From positions 1-64,000 of IMG/VR virus record IMGVR_UViG_3300029319_007985: DNA of 64,000 nucleotides; one strand, 5' to 3'. The DNA is from a virus. Made by a program: the position numbers and the translations under genes. A model generated the notes under the pieces. It had not been told where the DNA came from, ran no database searches, and was given only the letters and a program-made list of their open reading frames with translations. The number at the start of each line of letters is the position of its first letter. Position 1 is the first letter of the stretch. Shown here in pieces: positions 39,111 through 49,262 of the stretch.

Positions 39111-39758
39111 ATGGCAACAGTCGAACCAAAATCTTTATATAACGTTAATATTAACGAACCACAAATAACGTATTTCACAGTGGCAATAAACACTTCAGGC
39201 TTTTTAGACACTGAGACAGTAAATGGTGGAAGAGTGTCTCCGTGCATAGCGAATGACTTTGCAACTAAGCCTACAACACTAGCACAATCATTATTGGTAT
39301 CAAGAGGGAACTTAAGATGGAAAATGATGATGGAGGCTCTAGCAGTAAGATCCAATTTTAGAGTGTGCAATATTGTTACAACTTATGCCGCTGACGAAGG
39401 TGACTCACCGATTACTAACTTGGCATTTGGACTTGTTTTTGATACGCCAAACTTTGTTCCAACAACAGGTACAACAATCGACGGATCAACAACTACTACA
39501 ACAAGAGCATTATATCTTCAAGACAAAATTGCTGAAGCATTGAACACTACAAGAACTGAGAACATGAGTATTTTTGATCCAACTGGTACTGGCAATCCAC
39601 AGCAATTAAGAACAATTGAAGTAACAGCCGGTCCGGTGTTGACAGCATCAATTGGTGAAATAGTAGAAGCAATCACAGTTACAGAAGTTACTGGTTTTGC
39701 ACCAAACACTAGCAACCAATTGCCAACTGACAACTCATTGACATACTCAGCAGAGTAA
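39111..39758 (+). CDS. Putative virion structural protein
   Basis: TATAAATA late promoter upstream; Thr-rich. Confidence 0.6.
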   Translation: MATVEPKSLYNVNINEPQITYFTVAINTSGFLDTETVNGGRVSPCIANDFATKPTTLAQSLLVSRGNLRWKMMMEALAVRSNFRVCNIVTTYAADEGDSPITNLAFGLVFDTPNFVPTTGTTIDGSTTTTTRALYLQDKIAEALNTTRTENMSIFDPTGTGNPQQLRTIEVTAGPVLTASIGEIVEAITVTEVTGFAPNTSNQLPTDNSLTYSAE

Positions 39759-39820
39759 TCACTTTACCAAATAATTCAGTAGCAGTAAAACGAAGTTTCT
39801 GTTATAGTAAATAATCTATA

Positions 39821-41590
39821 ATGTTTATAGCAATTCTTACACTTTTATCTGCATTATCCATCTCGGGTGTTGCAATTTTCTATTCTGTGATAGGACTCGC
39901 CACAATCTTCCCTGGAGCATTTTGGCCTGTGGTTATAATGGGGTCAGTTCTTGAGGTTGGAAAATTAATTACAGCCAGTTGGCTATATCGGCAATGGAAG
40001 TTTACACCATTCCTTCTCAAAACTTATCTTACTATTGCGGTCATAATACTGTCAATAATAACTTCAATGGGTATTTTTGGATTCTTATCTAAGGCACACC
40101 TTGAACAAAACTTAGCCAGTGATACCTTGGTGCAAAGGGTTGATATTATTAACGACAAGATAGAAAGCCAGACTATCTATATTGAAAGGCAAAAGGCAGT
40201 CATCACACGTTCTGAAAAAGCAATTGATCGAACAGGAAAAGATTTCACACAGGACATTGCGGTGCAGGAAAACATTATCAATTCTGCCTATCTAAGACTA
40301 CAAGTGCTTGACGCAGACGTAAAGGCATACACAGATCAAGGAAAAGGTTTTTGGAAGGGTGACAACATTGCCAAAGGTGTGGAACTAAGGAAACAACAAA
40401 AACCTGAACGTGATCAACTAAATGCAGAAATAAAAGAGGCCAAGGCAAAGATAGAGAAATATAGGAATGAAGGCAGGATCGCAGGAGATAATAACAAAAC
40501 TACAATTAAAGAAGCAGAAGAAAATATCATAGTTGCCCAAAATAAGATTGATGATCTTATTATCGAAAGACAGCCGTTAGAAAAAAAATTAATTAATTTA
40601 GAGGCAGAAGTAGGTCCAGTGAAATACATAGCCGCTCTTGCGGTTGACTGGGGGTTTGCCGAAGAAGTAAATTTATCCAAAGCAGTAAGATGGGTGATAT
40701 TGATTATAATTGTTGTTTTTGATCCACTTGCAGTTTTACTTTTAATTGCCGCGAACCAAAGTCTGGTTAGAAGATTTCCTGTTAAACCACCTAAGCCTCA
40801 AGAGATTATAGACTTGGAAAAACCAGATGATGAAAGTATTATTCTAAAATGGAGAGAAATGGCGGAGCAGGCTAGTAAAAAAAACGCCCAAGAAAAACAA
40901 ATCAAAATTAAACAGCAAGTAGATGAATGGCAACAAAAACTTAAAAAATTTAATGAAAAGGCTCCAAAACCAGAAGACAAGCCTGTAGAAGTTATAGTTG
41001 AGCAACCAAAGAAAGAACCGACTAAGGAACAAAAAATAGAGGCCTTTGATGAAAGATTGAGAGCAGAAGAGGCAGAACTTGAAAGAGTCGCGGCAGAAAC
41101 AAAAGCAGATATTGAGAGGATAGAAGAAACTAGCAAACCAGTTGAAGACTATAATTTTGAAGATGAAATAAAATATGATGTAGACACAGAAGTTAAAAAA
41201 ACAGACGAAGAGCCAGGCATAGCCAAGCAGATAGAAAAGGCAATGGAAGGTGTACAAGCAAGAATAAAGCCTGACTTTACAGAAGTGATAGAGCCTGAAA
41301 GCCAAATTAAAAAACCAAAAGTGGGTGCCCTAGGCACAGTGTTGGTTGATAAAGGCAAGGTGATTAAACAACAACCTGCTTACACACAAAACTCTGAGCA
41401 AAATGAATCTGGTAACTGGAGTAAGATTAACGAAAAGCGTCTTATTGACGAAGAGACATATAGACAAAAAATTGAATCAAGAATAAATGATTTAATCATC
41501 AAAGTAAAAACTGGAGAAATGAAATTGGAAGACCTTGCCGAGGAAGATCAAAAATTAGTCAAACAAGCGATGGATAATGGAAACGACTAG
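39821..41590 (+). CDS. Membrane protein with periplasmic coiled coil and charged tail
   Basis: 3 N-terminal TMs (LEVGK, TSMGIFGFLSKAH), EVGPVKY, VFDPLAVLL TM. Confidence 0.7.
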   Translation: MFIAILTLLSALSISGVAIFYSVIGLATIFPGAFWPVVIMGSVLEVGKLITASWLYRQWKFTPFLLKTYLTIAVIILSIITSMGIFGFLSKAHLEQNLASDTLVQRVDIINDKIESQTIYIERQKAVITRSEKAIDRTGKDFTQDIAVQENIINSAYLRLQVLDADVKAYTDQGKGFWKGDNIAKGVELRKQQKPERDQLNAEIKEAKAKIEKYRNEGRIAGDNNKTTIKEAEENIIVAQNKIDDLIIERQPLEKKLINLEAEVGPVKYIAALAVDWGFAEEVNLSKAVRWVILIIIVVFDPLAVLLLIAANQSLVRRFPVKPPKPQEIIDLEKPDDESIILKWREMAEQASKKNAQEKQIKIKQQVDEWQQKLKKFNEKAPKPEDKPVEVIVEQPKKEPTKEQKIEAFDERLRAEEAELERVAAETKADIERIEETSKPVEDYNFEDEIKYDVDTEVKKTDEEPGIAKQIEKAMEGVQARIKPDFTEVIEPESQIKKPKVGALGTVLVDKGKVIKQQPAYTQNSEQNESGNWSKINEKRLIDEETYRQKIESRINDLIIKVKTGEMKLEDLAEEDQKLVKQAMDNGND

Positions 41591-41891
41591 ACTAGGCAAA
41601 CTGACTTTGGTTACACCACCCAGTATCTTAGAAGATAACAAAAACAGTTTTTGTATAATAAACTTCAAAACAGAAGATCAAGACAAGTTTGCCAATTATC
41701 TAAACAGGCATCTAGCAAATGATGATGTTGTTGTTTACGTTGTAGACAGTGCCAAGGACACTGAATTAACTTTGCCATGGTTGACAAACATACTAGAAAA
41801 GTCTAAAACTGTTATAGTTAAATCACAAAATAATTTTAAAGTTTTGAAAAACGAAACAATAATTGACTTGGAGGCGATATTCAATGAGTGA
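41577..41891 (+). CDS. Hypothetical protein
   Basis: ORF overlapping both neighbours. Confidence 0.6.
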   Translation: METTRLGKLTLVTPPSILEDNKNSFCIINFKTEDQDKFANYLNRHLANDDVVVYVVDSAKDTELTLPWLTNILEKSKTVIVKSQNNFKVLKNETIIDLEAIFNE

Positions 41892-43146
41892 TACAGATCA
41901 AAATCTTAATTGTTCTTTCTGTGGTAAGGGCAGGAAAGATGTCTCAAAAATGATCGTTGGTGCTGATAAAGTTACAATTTGTAATGAGTGTATAAAATTA
42001 TGCACAGAGATCATTGTGGAGGATAACCAAAAGGTTAGCAGTGAGCAAATCAAAACTGGTGAGAAACAAAATTTAAATCCTGTGGACATAAAAGAATATC
42101 TTGATCAATATGTTGTTGGGCAAGACTCTGCAAAAACTGTTCTTAGTGTTGCTGTGTCTAATCACTATAAAAGAATTTTAAATCCACCAAAGGACTTTGA
42201 ATTAGAAAAATCAAACGTTCTTATACTTGGTGCAAGTGGTTCCGGAAAAACACTTATGGCACGAACCATTGCCAAATATTTGGATGTGCCTTTTGCTATG
42301 GCAGATGCTACAAGTTTGACCGAGGCTGGATATGTTGGTGATGACGTTGAAAATGTAATCACTAAACTTTATCAAAACGCCAAGGGAGACAAATACATGA
42401 CTGAAAGAGGCATTGTGTTCATAGACGAAATTGATAAAATTTGTAAGAAATCAGAAAGCACCAGTATAACCAGAGACGTATCCGGAGAAGGAGTTCAACA
42501 AGGTTTACTTAAAATAGTCGAGGGCACAATTTGTAGGGTTCCACCACACGGAGGAAGGAAACACCCTGAACATCAACACGTTGAGATCGACACCTCAAAC
42601 ATTTTGTTTGTCGTTGGTGGTGCTTTTACAGACCTGGAACGACAAATTAAATCTAGAAAAAGCACAGGAATGGGTTTTAACTCTGAATTGATATCAAGCG
42701 AACAAAAAAACTACTTGGCAGAATCTCAACCAGAGGACCTAATTAAATTTGGACTGATACCGGAGTTTGTTGGCAGATTTAGTATGCTTACTCACGTGGA
42801 TCCATTGACAGAACTTCAATTAGTAAAAGTTTTAAATGAACCAAAAAATAGTTTACTGAAACAATATTCCTACTTGTTTAGTCTTGATCATATTAATTTA
42901 GAGATAGACAAAAAGGCCCAGTTGGCTGTTGCTAAAAAGGCTAAAAAATTAGGCACAAATGCAAGAGGATTAAGAAACATCTTGGATACTCTTCTCCTGC
43001 CTTACCAGTTTGACTCTGCTGAGATGCATAAAAAAGGAGTCACAAAAGTATCAATCACAGAAGAGTGTGTTGACAAAAACCAAGATCCTGTGTTACATTT
43101 TAAAACACCGGTAAACGAAATGAAAAAACAAAAGGCGAAAAATTAA
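41884..43146 (+). CDS. clpX: ATP-dependent Clp protease ATPase ClpX
   Basis: CSFC/CNEC zinc finger, [40 protein letters not shown] loop. Confidence 0.97.
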   Translation: MSDTDQNLNCSFCGKGRKDVSKMIVGADKVTICNECIKLCTEIIVEDNQKVSSEQIKTGEKQNLNPVDIKEYLDQYVVGQDSAKTVLSVAVSNHYKRILNPPKDFELEKSNVLILGASGSGKTLMARTIAKYLDVPFAMADATSLTEAGYVGDDVENVITKLYQNAKGDKYMTERGIVFIDEIDKICKKSESTSITRDVSGEGVQQGLLKIVEGTICRVPPHGGRKHPEHQHVEIDTSNILFVVGGAFTDLERQIKSRKSTGMGFNSELISSEQKNYLAESQPEDLIKFGLIPEFVGRFSMLTHVDPLTELQLVKVLNEPKNSLLKQYSYLFSLDHINLEIDKKAQLAVAKKAKKLGTNARGLRNILDTLLLPYQFDSAEMHKKGVTKVSITEECVDKNQDPVLHFKTPVNEMKKQKAKN

Positions 43147-43376
43147 TGGCATACTACGTGGATGTTACAAAATCTGGCGGAGATGCTGTTCGAGCCTATA
43201 GAAAAATCAAAAGAAAGATCAAACAAGACAGGTTCATTGAGGAACTACGTGATAGACAATATTACCGTAAACCTTCCGAATTAAAACGTGAGAAACAAAA
43301 GAGAGCACGTATCACAATAAAGAGAAACCAAGCCAAAAGTAATTGGGCAGATCCAAGTAAAGTAAGACAAAGATAA
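43146..43376 (+). CDS. rpsU: 30S ribosomal protein bS21
   Basis: A.RK.KRK......EL..RQYY.KPSE.KR; coupled to clpX. Confidence 0.85.
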   Translation: MAYYVDVTKSGGDAVRAYRKIKRKIKQDRFIEELRDRQYYRKPSELKREKQKRARITIKRNQAKSNWADPSKVRQR

Positions 43377-43443
43377 TTGGTAAAATAGGTCGTAATCCTA
43401 AAATTAATGACTATATGTATAGTGTAGGTGATAAATATCTACA

Positions 43444-43505
43444 TACGATGCTAATAGATAGGTCGTACAAAAACTTAACTCGCTTAACAATAGGAGGCAA
43501 AGCAC
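43444..43505 (+). promoter_or_regulatory. ROSE-like RNA thermometer leader of hsp20
   Basis: CTCGCT (43479-84) can pair with the SD AGGAG (43492-96) with a bulged G; upstream TACGAT/GTCGTA hairpin; TAAATA at 43432. Confidence 0.55.
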
Positions 43506-43961
43506 ATGACAAACAATAAAGCACTATCTATCTTTAATCAATTAAGACCCGTAACTGTTGGGTTTGATAACGTATTCGATCATTTCGAAAGAATGTTTGA
43601 AGACGATTTTTTCAGATTGCCAACAACTTCAAACTTCCCACCTTACAACATTGTAAAGACTGGGACAAACACTTATGACGTTGAACTTGCAGTAGCAGGT
43701 TTCGGTAAAGACGACATAGAAGTGCAGTATGAAGACAACATGTTGACTGTGAAGTCCAAAAAGTCTGATAAGTCAGAAGAAAAGGACGAGGACGGAAACG
43801 TTATCCACAGAGGAATTTCCAAAAGATTTTTCTCAAAATCATTCACGATAGCGGATGATGTGGAGATCAAGGGCGCCGAATTGAAAGATGGTTTATTGAA
43901 GGTTTCTATGGAAAGAATTGTTCCAGAAGCCAAAAAAGCAAGAACTATCGACATCAAATAA
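43506..43961 (+). CDS. Small heat-shock protein Hsp20 (IbpA-like)
   Basis: GFD, FPPYNI, ELAVAGF, HRGIS.R.F...F, A.LKDGLL, PE.KK.R.I.I. Confidence 0.95.
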   Translation: MTNNKALSIFNQLRPVTVGFDNVFDHFERMFEDDFFRLPTTSNFPPYNIVKTGTNTYDVELAVAGFGKDDIEVQYEDNMLTVKSKKSDKSEEKDEDGNVIHRGISKRFFSKSFTIADDVEIKGAELKDGLLKVSMERIVPEAKKARTIDIK

Positions 43962-43973
43962 GGCAACAATAGA

Positions 43974-44005
43974 TAGGGCGGTGGTCACATCGCCCTACTT
44001 AATTC
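43974..44005 (+). terminator. Terminator hairpin after hsp20
   Basis: TAGGGCGGTG-GTCA-CATCGCCCTA with a weak U tract. Confidence 0.6.
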
Positions 44006-44041
44006 AATAGACATATGTTTTAAATATGTTATAATTGGAGT

Positions 44042-44353
44042 ATGGCAATGGCAGATTTAGGTGTTAAAACACTAACAAAAGACAAACTAGAATTAAAAGA
44101 ACCAGACAAATACGATGTGGTATTCGTTAATGATGATGTGACCACTGTAGAATTTGTTATTAAAGTTCTAAAAAATATATTTCATAAAACAACAGAACAA
44201 GCAGTTGCATTAACAACACACATTCACGAAAAAGGCAAAGGTGTTGTTGGCACATACCTGTACGAAATTGCAGAACAAAAAGGTATAGAAACAACTGTCC
44301 TTGCCAGAGACGAAGGATATCCATTACAGGTAAAAGTTCAAAGGCACGGTTAA
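44042..44353 (+). CDS. clpS: ClpS N-degron adaptor
   Basis: Y.VVFVNDDVTTVEFVI.VL..IF, IHEKGKGVVG.Y.YEIAE.K, GYPL. Confidence 0.93.
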   Translation: MAMADLGVKTLTKDKLELKEPDKYDVVFVNDDVTTVEFVIKVLKNIFHKTTEQAVALTTHIHEKGKGVVGTYLYEIAEQKGIETTVLARDEGYPLQVKVQRHG

Positions 44354-44354
44354 A

Positions 44355-44741
44355 ATGAACTTTAATGATATTGTCAAAAACAATAGGCAAATTATAGACT
44401 TTGTAAATGCCTGGCCCGGCAGAACACAACCTTTCCATATAAAGAAAGATCTTTTACTAACGCCATACGTTGGCACACTGGACATAGCATCAGCAAGGTT
44501 AAATTCAATTTTATTAAGACTATCAGAACATCCTTTACTAAAAAGTGAATATGAACAGGACGTAAAAATTTGCAACGAAATATTGAATAAATTTTTCCGC
44601 ACTACTTTGAAGTTAAGAACTTGGCCAAAGATTTTTATTCCATTTTTTAAATGGCGACTCAAAAGAATTGGAGTAAAACATATTCCAAAAATTAAAGCGA
44701 CTTACAAGGCCATATGTAAAAAAACAGATGACAAAAGATAA
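44355..44741 (+). CDS. Hypothetical protein
   Basis: ORF in operon. Confidence 0.55.
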   Translation: MNFNDIVKNNRQIIDFVNAWPGRTQPFHIKKDLLLTPYVGTLDIASARLNSILLRLSEHPLLKSEYEQDVKICNEILNKFFRTTLKLRTWPKIFIPFFKWRLKRIGVKHIPKIKATYKAICKKTDDKR

Positions 44742-44970
44742 ATGGATCACATGGGCAGTGCCAGTAGAATATTGTCCCACATACATTATAACGTTGTTCT
44801 TGGCCATGTTCATAATGCCACTTTTTGTTTTTGGTATAACGTTTACTACTTTTGGCTGGCTGGTTAACTTCCTATGGTTCGACTTTGTTTTTTACATATG
44901 GTACAAAGTAAGAATAACTATACAAAAAACTAAAGGAAAGGACAAGGATGAAGGCGATCGTATGGAGTAA
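44728..44970 (+). CDS. Small membrane protein
   Basis: Two hydrophobic segments. Confidence 0.55.
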   Translation: MTKDKWITWAVPVEYCPTYIITLFLAMFIMPLFVFGITFTTFGWLVNFLWFDFVFYIWYKVRITIQKTKGKDKDEGDRME

Positions 44971-45175
44971 TGCTGGGTGTTCATATTGTGAACAGGCAAA
45001 AAATCTATTGAAATCAAAAAATATAGAAGTCGAGGAGAGAAATATTGCTCTTGGAACTTGGACTGTTCAGCAGTTGCAAGAAGCAGTGCCAGGTGCTAGA
45101 ACAGTGCCACAAATATTTGTTGACGACAAATATGTGGGTGGTTTCAGCGAATTAAAAGAAATGTTGGATGGCTAA
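44948..45175 (+). CDS. Glutaredoxin
   Basis: CSYC, RTVPQIF, VGGF. Confidence 0.92.
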   Translation: MKAIVWSNAGCSYCEQAKNLLKSKNIEVEERNIALGTWTVQQLQEAVPGARTVPQIFVDDKYVGGFSELKEMLDG

Positions 45176-46298
45176 TAATAAATGTATTTTACCGTGGATA
45201 GCAGTAGACCGTAATCCTAAGACCCAAAAAGGAAAAATCACATTTTCTCCTTGTTGCTTTTTTGACACCTCTAAGAAATATAGGTCTGTTGCAGAATATT
45301 GGAACAGTGATGAAATCAAAGAACTGCGCCAATATTTTATCGAAGATAAAAGACATCCCGGTTGTAATCAGTGTTGGAATGCTGAGGACAAAGGAATAAA
45401 AAGTCTAAGGCAGTCAGTAAACGAGAGCAGGTTAGAAGAGTTTATAACAAGAACAGATACTACCACATGTGAAGATATGCCGGCACAGGTCAAATACACT
45501 GTTGGGAATCAGTGTAATCTGGCGTGTAGAATGTGTGTGCCAAATTCAAGTAGCAAAGTTAAAAAAGTATGGGACACACTCCAAATAGAAGATAAACTTG
45601 CTATCGATGATTTTGACTGGTATTCCTACGTAATTGAAAATTTTGACTCAATAAAGTATTTGGATATCACTGGCGGTGAACCTTTTTATCATAAAAATAC
45701 AAAGCAGATGTTAAATTTTCTTATTAGCAAAAATACTGCTAAAAACATAACACTATACATCCAAACAAATTTAACAATAATAAATGATGAGATAATAAAA
45801 TTACTAAATCAATTTAAGAAAGTTGTACTGAGAATCAGCATCGATGGTATAGGCAAAAGGCAGGAGTACATACGTCCCGGACTCAATTGGAAGTTGTTTG
45901 AAAAAAATATTAAGTTGTTAAAGAAAGAAAAATTTGACATGATGATTTCTCCGAGTCTAAGTGTGCTCAATATATGTACCTTTGAAGATTTAGAAAACTG
46001 GTGTAAAGAGAACAAGATAGGAATCTCACAACCGAGCATTGTTGAGTTTCCTGTGGAGATGGCGCCACACAACTTGCCTACTGCCTTACACAGTCTGGTA
46101 CCAAAAAAATTCAAAAAGTTTTTGGATAATCCAATAAATGCTGATAGTCTTAATTTTATAAGGAAGTTAGACAATTTTTGGAACACCGATATAAAAGAAA
46201 TCATGCCAGAATGGAAACTTGTCTATGATAGGTTGCATTGGTCCAACGTTGATCAACTTAAACAGATAGATAAAGAAACACAGAAGTATGTTGGATAA
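45168..46298 (+). CDS. Radical SAM protein with an N-terminal twitch-like Cys domain
   Basis: CILPW, PCC, C..CW..E..G..SLR, CNLACRMC, GGEP, ISIDG. Confidence 0.85.
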   Translation: MANNKCILPWIAVDRNPKTQKGKITFSPCCFFDTSKKYRSVAEYWNSDEIKELRQYFIEDKRHPGCNQCWNAEDKGIKSLRQSVNESRLEEFITRTDTTTCEDMPAQVKYTVGNQCNLACRMCVPNSSSKVKKVWDTLQIEDKLAIDDFDWYSYVIENFDSIKYLDITGGEPFYHKNTKQMLNFLISKNTAKNITLYIQTNLTIINDEIIKLLNQFKKVVLRISIDGIGKRQEYIRPGLNWKLFEKNIKLLKKEKFDMMISPSLSVLNICTFEDLENWCKENKIGISQPSIVEFPVEMAPHNLPTALHSLVPKKFKKFLDNPINADSLNFIRKLDNFWNTDIKEIMPEWKLVYDRLHWSNVDQLKQIDKETQKYVG

Positions 46299-47280
46299 GG
46301 AACTTTTTTTTAAATTAAAATGGTTAGTTGCAAAAAACGAACTGGTTAAACCAGACACTACAGGATCTTTTAGTTTTCAAAGACCAAAATCTGATTCAAT
46401 AATAGATATTCACACCAGAGTATCAGGCCTCCACCTTGGATTTTCTCCTCCGCGGACCGAATCAATACTAACTTGGATCAGTTCTGTTCCAGTAGACATA
46501 TTAAACATAGATAGATGGATTGTAAAAACACAGATAGACAACATGCCTGATATTGGTATCAGATGGTCAGAATACGAAATGACCGCCATGTCAGACACGG
46601 TTCATTGCGTGTACGAGTTCCTGCAAAAACATAGAGAACGTAAGCCTGTAATATTCAAAGGAGAATTTTGGTACTTTGATAAAATCATAGAAAATAAAAT
46701 TACTCGACTGGACGAACTCACAAAAGATTCAGTTCTCATAATAAGTTGTCCATTCATGGAACGCCTGCAAGTTAAAACAGATATGAATGATATATTACAA
46801 AGATGTTGTGAACTTGGTATTCCTGTGCTTATGGACTGTATATGGTTGCCGCTAACACATGAAAAGATATCTTTGAGAAACACCGATTGTATTGAACTGA
46901 TCACTCACAGTGTAACTAAGATGTTACCATTGGCTGGTATAAAAGGGGGATTTGCTTTTTACAAAAAACCCTTACCAATAGAAATGAGGCATAACGAAAT
47001 ACATGGAAAAATTGGTGCCTATTATCTGGATGAATTGATAAAACAAAAAGGTTATTGGCATGTTAGAGACTCACATGTCCAACTACAAGAAAAGTGGTGC
47101 AAGATCTTTGGTTTGGAAAAACACGAAGTCGTAATTGCTGGATGTCTTGGAAATGATAACACATTAAAGGACTACGGAGCAAAACACATAAACCCACTTA
47201 ATTTATTTTCGTTGGTTCCATATTTTAATCATGATAAGTCATGCACAAAATTTTTAGCAGACAACGGTGTTGAAACATAA
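46288..47280 (+). CDS. PLP-dependent aminotransferase-like protein
   Basis: IPVLMDCIW and HSVTKMLPLAGIKGG resemble fold-I PLP Asp and Lys motifs. Confidence 0.5.
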   Translation: MLDKELFFKLKWLVAKNELVKPDTTGSFSFQRPKSDSIIDIHTRVSGLHLGFSPPRTESILTWISSVPVDILNIDRWIVKTQIDNMPDIGIRWSEYEMTAMSDTVHCVYEFLQKHRERKPVIFKGEFWYFDKIIENKITRLDELTKDSVLIISCPFMERLQVKTDMNDILQRCCELGIPVLMDCIWLPLTHEKISLRNTDCIELITHSVTKMLPLAGIKGGFAFYKKPLPIEMRHNEIHGKIGAYYLDELIKQKGYWHVRDSHVQLQEKWCKIFGLEKHEVVIAGCLGNDNTLKDYGAKHINPLNLFSLVPYFNHDKSCTKFLADNGVET

Positions 47281-47287
47281 TACTTAA

Positions 47288-47316
47288 TTGACACTATCCA
47301 ACTTATGTCATATAAT
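47288..47316 (+). promoter_or_regulatory. Consensus sigma70 promoter of riboswitch-btuB
   Basis: TTGACA-N17-TATAAT. Confidence 0.85.
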
Positions 47317-47327
47317 ACATAGTAAGA

Positions 47328-47430
47328 CTGTGCTAAAAGCATAGTGGGAAAGTGACGTGAAATTCGTCCACATTACTTGATACGGTCATAGTCCGAATGC
47401 CACCTAGCACAGGACAGAGCAAGGAGACTC
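47328..47430 (+). promoter_or_regulatory. Class-II (AdoCbl-variant, env8HyCbl-like) cobalamin riboswitch
   Basis: CTAAAAGC.TAGTGGGAAAGTGACGTGAAATTCGTCCA.ATTACTTGATACGG...CCGAATGCCACCTAG...GAGCAAGGAGACTC; closing stem CTGTGCTA/TAGCACAG; SD in the terminal hairpin loop. Confidence 0.92.
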
Positions 47431-47432
47431 GA

Positions 47433-49262
47433 ATGATGAGATTAGTTCTTATGTTAATCTTGGTGTGGACATCTATCGCACACGCCAAAACGGAAAGTTG
47501 CAGTTGGGACAACGACGTTCCATGTGTCGTAATATCCAAACCAAATACAAATTTAATAAATGAAAAGGTGTCACCCAGCACGGTGATCACACAAGAACAA
47601 ATCAAAAAACATAATCTTTTGGACCTTAAAAGTGTTTTCAAGTTCCTCAACAACACAATTGCCGTGCAGTCAGGACCTACTGGACAACAGGCATCAGTTT
47701 TCATGCGAGGTACAAACAGCAACCACACACTAGTGTTATTGAACGGAATACCTATCAACGATCAAAGCACCACCAATGGTGCCTTTGATTTTGGACAAGA
47801 CTTCCTTTTCAACGTGCAAAGAATAGAAGTATACAAAGGTGCCGCTGGCGCACACTTTGGCGCTGACGCTATAGGAGGTGCAATAAATTTAATAACTGAC
47901 ATCGACTATCAAAATAACTTTTCAATAACAGGACATAACAATAGTAAGACCATAGAAGGAAACTATGCCTCTGAATACAATGGTTGGCAGTTTAACGTCA
48001 AAGGTGGATTGCATCAGTCTGAAACACAGTCGGCTCTAAAGGGAGGAACTGATCTTGACGGGACAAAAAATAAATCATGGACCGCAAGTGTAGTTAAATG
48101 GTTCAACGAAAAATTAAAATTTAGATCGAACCTCTTTACAAGAAATACTTTTAGTGATCTGGATGGCCATTCATTGGCCCTGCAAAATGGATATGACAGC
48201 GACAACAATCTTTATGCCTTCCAAACTGGGTTTGACTACTACACTAAAGACAGTCTCAGTTATGTCACACTGCACACCCATGGATATGACAGAGAGTACA
48301 ATAGTCCAGGCAACGAGTTCGACAACTATGAATCTGACGCCTACGTATTAAGAGCAGAACATAAAAAATACAAAGATGGGCCTTTCAAGTATGGACTAGG
48401 ATTTGAATACAAATACGATGTGGCCACGTTCACCAACAACGGATCATACAACAGCACATTGGATGGGGACTATGATAACATAGGACTATTTGTTAATTTT
48501 GGATATGAGTTCGACAACTGGGCAACCACGTTGAATCTAAGAACAGATGACAACAACCTCATAGGTAACAACGACAGTTACAAATTTGGGATATTAAGAC
48601 AGGACATATTGCCAAATCTCGATGTAAGTTTCAGTCGTGCAGAAGGGTTTAAAAATCCTAGTCTGTATGAAATGTTTGGTGCTGACAACTACGGATACAA
48701 AGGCAACATGGATTTGACAGCAGAAAACAGTATCCTCAACGAAGTCACGTTCGACTATGGTATTGACAAAAGCAAATACTCTTTGACATTGTTTAGAAAT
48801 CAAATAACAAACATGATCGAATACAGTTATCCAACATACAAAAACAATAGCACTGACTCTCTGGACCAAAGCGGAATCGAATTGTCCTACTCCTACAACG
48901 GAGATAAAAATAATTTCACCATTTGGGCAAACAGTCTCAGTAGTGAGAAAGGCAACAATTCAGCGCAGTTGAGGAGACCTGAGCATAGCATTGGTTTCAA
49001 TTATGAAAGGGTAGTCACCAACACATGGAGTTACTATGCAAACTACAACTTTACAGGCGAACACCATGACATACACAACAGTAATTGGAGCACAATTACC
49101 ATGCCCGACACCCACTTGCTTGATATAGGTATAACAAAAAATTACTATGGAATCGATTTAGGTTTAAGTATTAGCAATGTTTTCGACCAAGACTATGAAC
49201 AACCACATGGATTTAGTCAGGATGGAAGAAAAATTAATTTTATACTTAAACGTAGGTTTTGA
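47433..49262 (+). CDS. btuB: TonB-dependent cobalamin receptor (BtuB-like)
   Basis: Signal peptide; plug RGTNSNHTLVLLNG, RIEVYKG, GAIN; C-terminal F; riboswitch upstream. Confidence 0.88.
   Translation: MMRLVLMLILVWTSIAHAKTESCSWDNDVPCVVISKPNTNLINEKVSPSTVITQEQIKKHNLLDLKSVFKFLNNTIAVQSGPTGQQASVFMRGTNSNHTLVLLNGIPINDQSTTNGAFDFGQDFLFNVQRIEVYKGAAGAHFGADAIGGAINLITDIDYQNNFSITGHNNSKTIEGNYASEYNGWQFNVKGGLHQSETQSALKGGTDLDGTKNKSWTASVVKWFNEKLKFRSNLFTRNTFSDLDGHSLALQNGYDSDNNLYAFQTGFDYYTKDSLSYVTLHTHGYDREYNSPGNEFDNYESDAYVLRAEHKKYKDGPFKYGLGFEYKYDVATFTNNGSYNSTLDGDYDNIGLFVNFGYEFDNWATTLNLRTDDNNLIGNNDSYKFGILRQDILPNLDVSFSRAEGFKNPSLYEMFGADNYGYKGNMDLTAENSILNEVTFDYGIDKSKYSLTLFRNQITNMIEYSYPTYKNNSTDSLDQSGIELSYSYNGDKNNFTIWANSLSSEKGNNSAQLRRPEHSIGFNYERVVTNTWSYYANYNFTGEHHDIHNSNWSTITMPDTHLLDIGITKNYYGIDLGLSISNVFDQDYEQPHGFSQDGRKINFILKRRF

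Noticed and set aside
40414-41358. Antisense ORFs over long genes (here and throughout the track)
   Set aside because: These are low-complexity shadows of the coding strand with no independent start signals or motifs.
47397-47432. Longer N-termini given by the ORF track (also 1606, 3944, 4557, 25395, 25778, 29451, 34532, 38586, 41863, 49867, 57292)
   Set aside because: These extensions run through riboswitch, promoter or hairpin sequence or through upstream genes. Downstream ATGs fit SD, promoter spacing or homology better.
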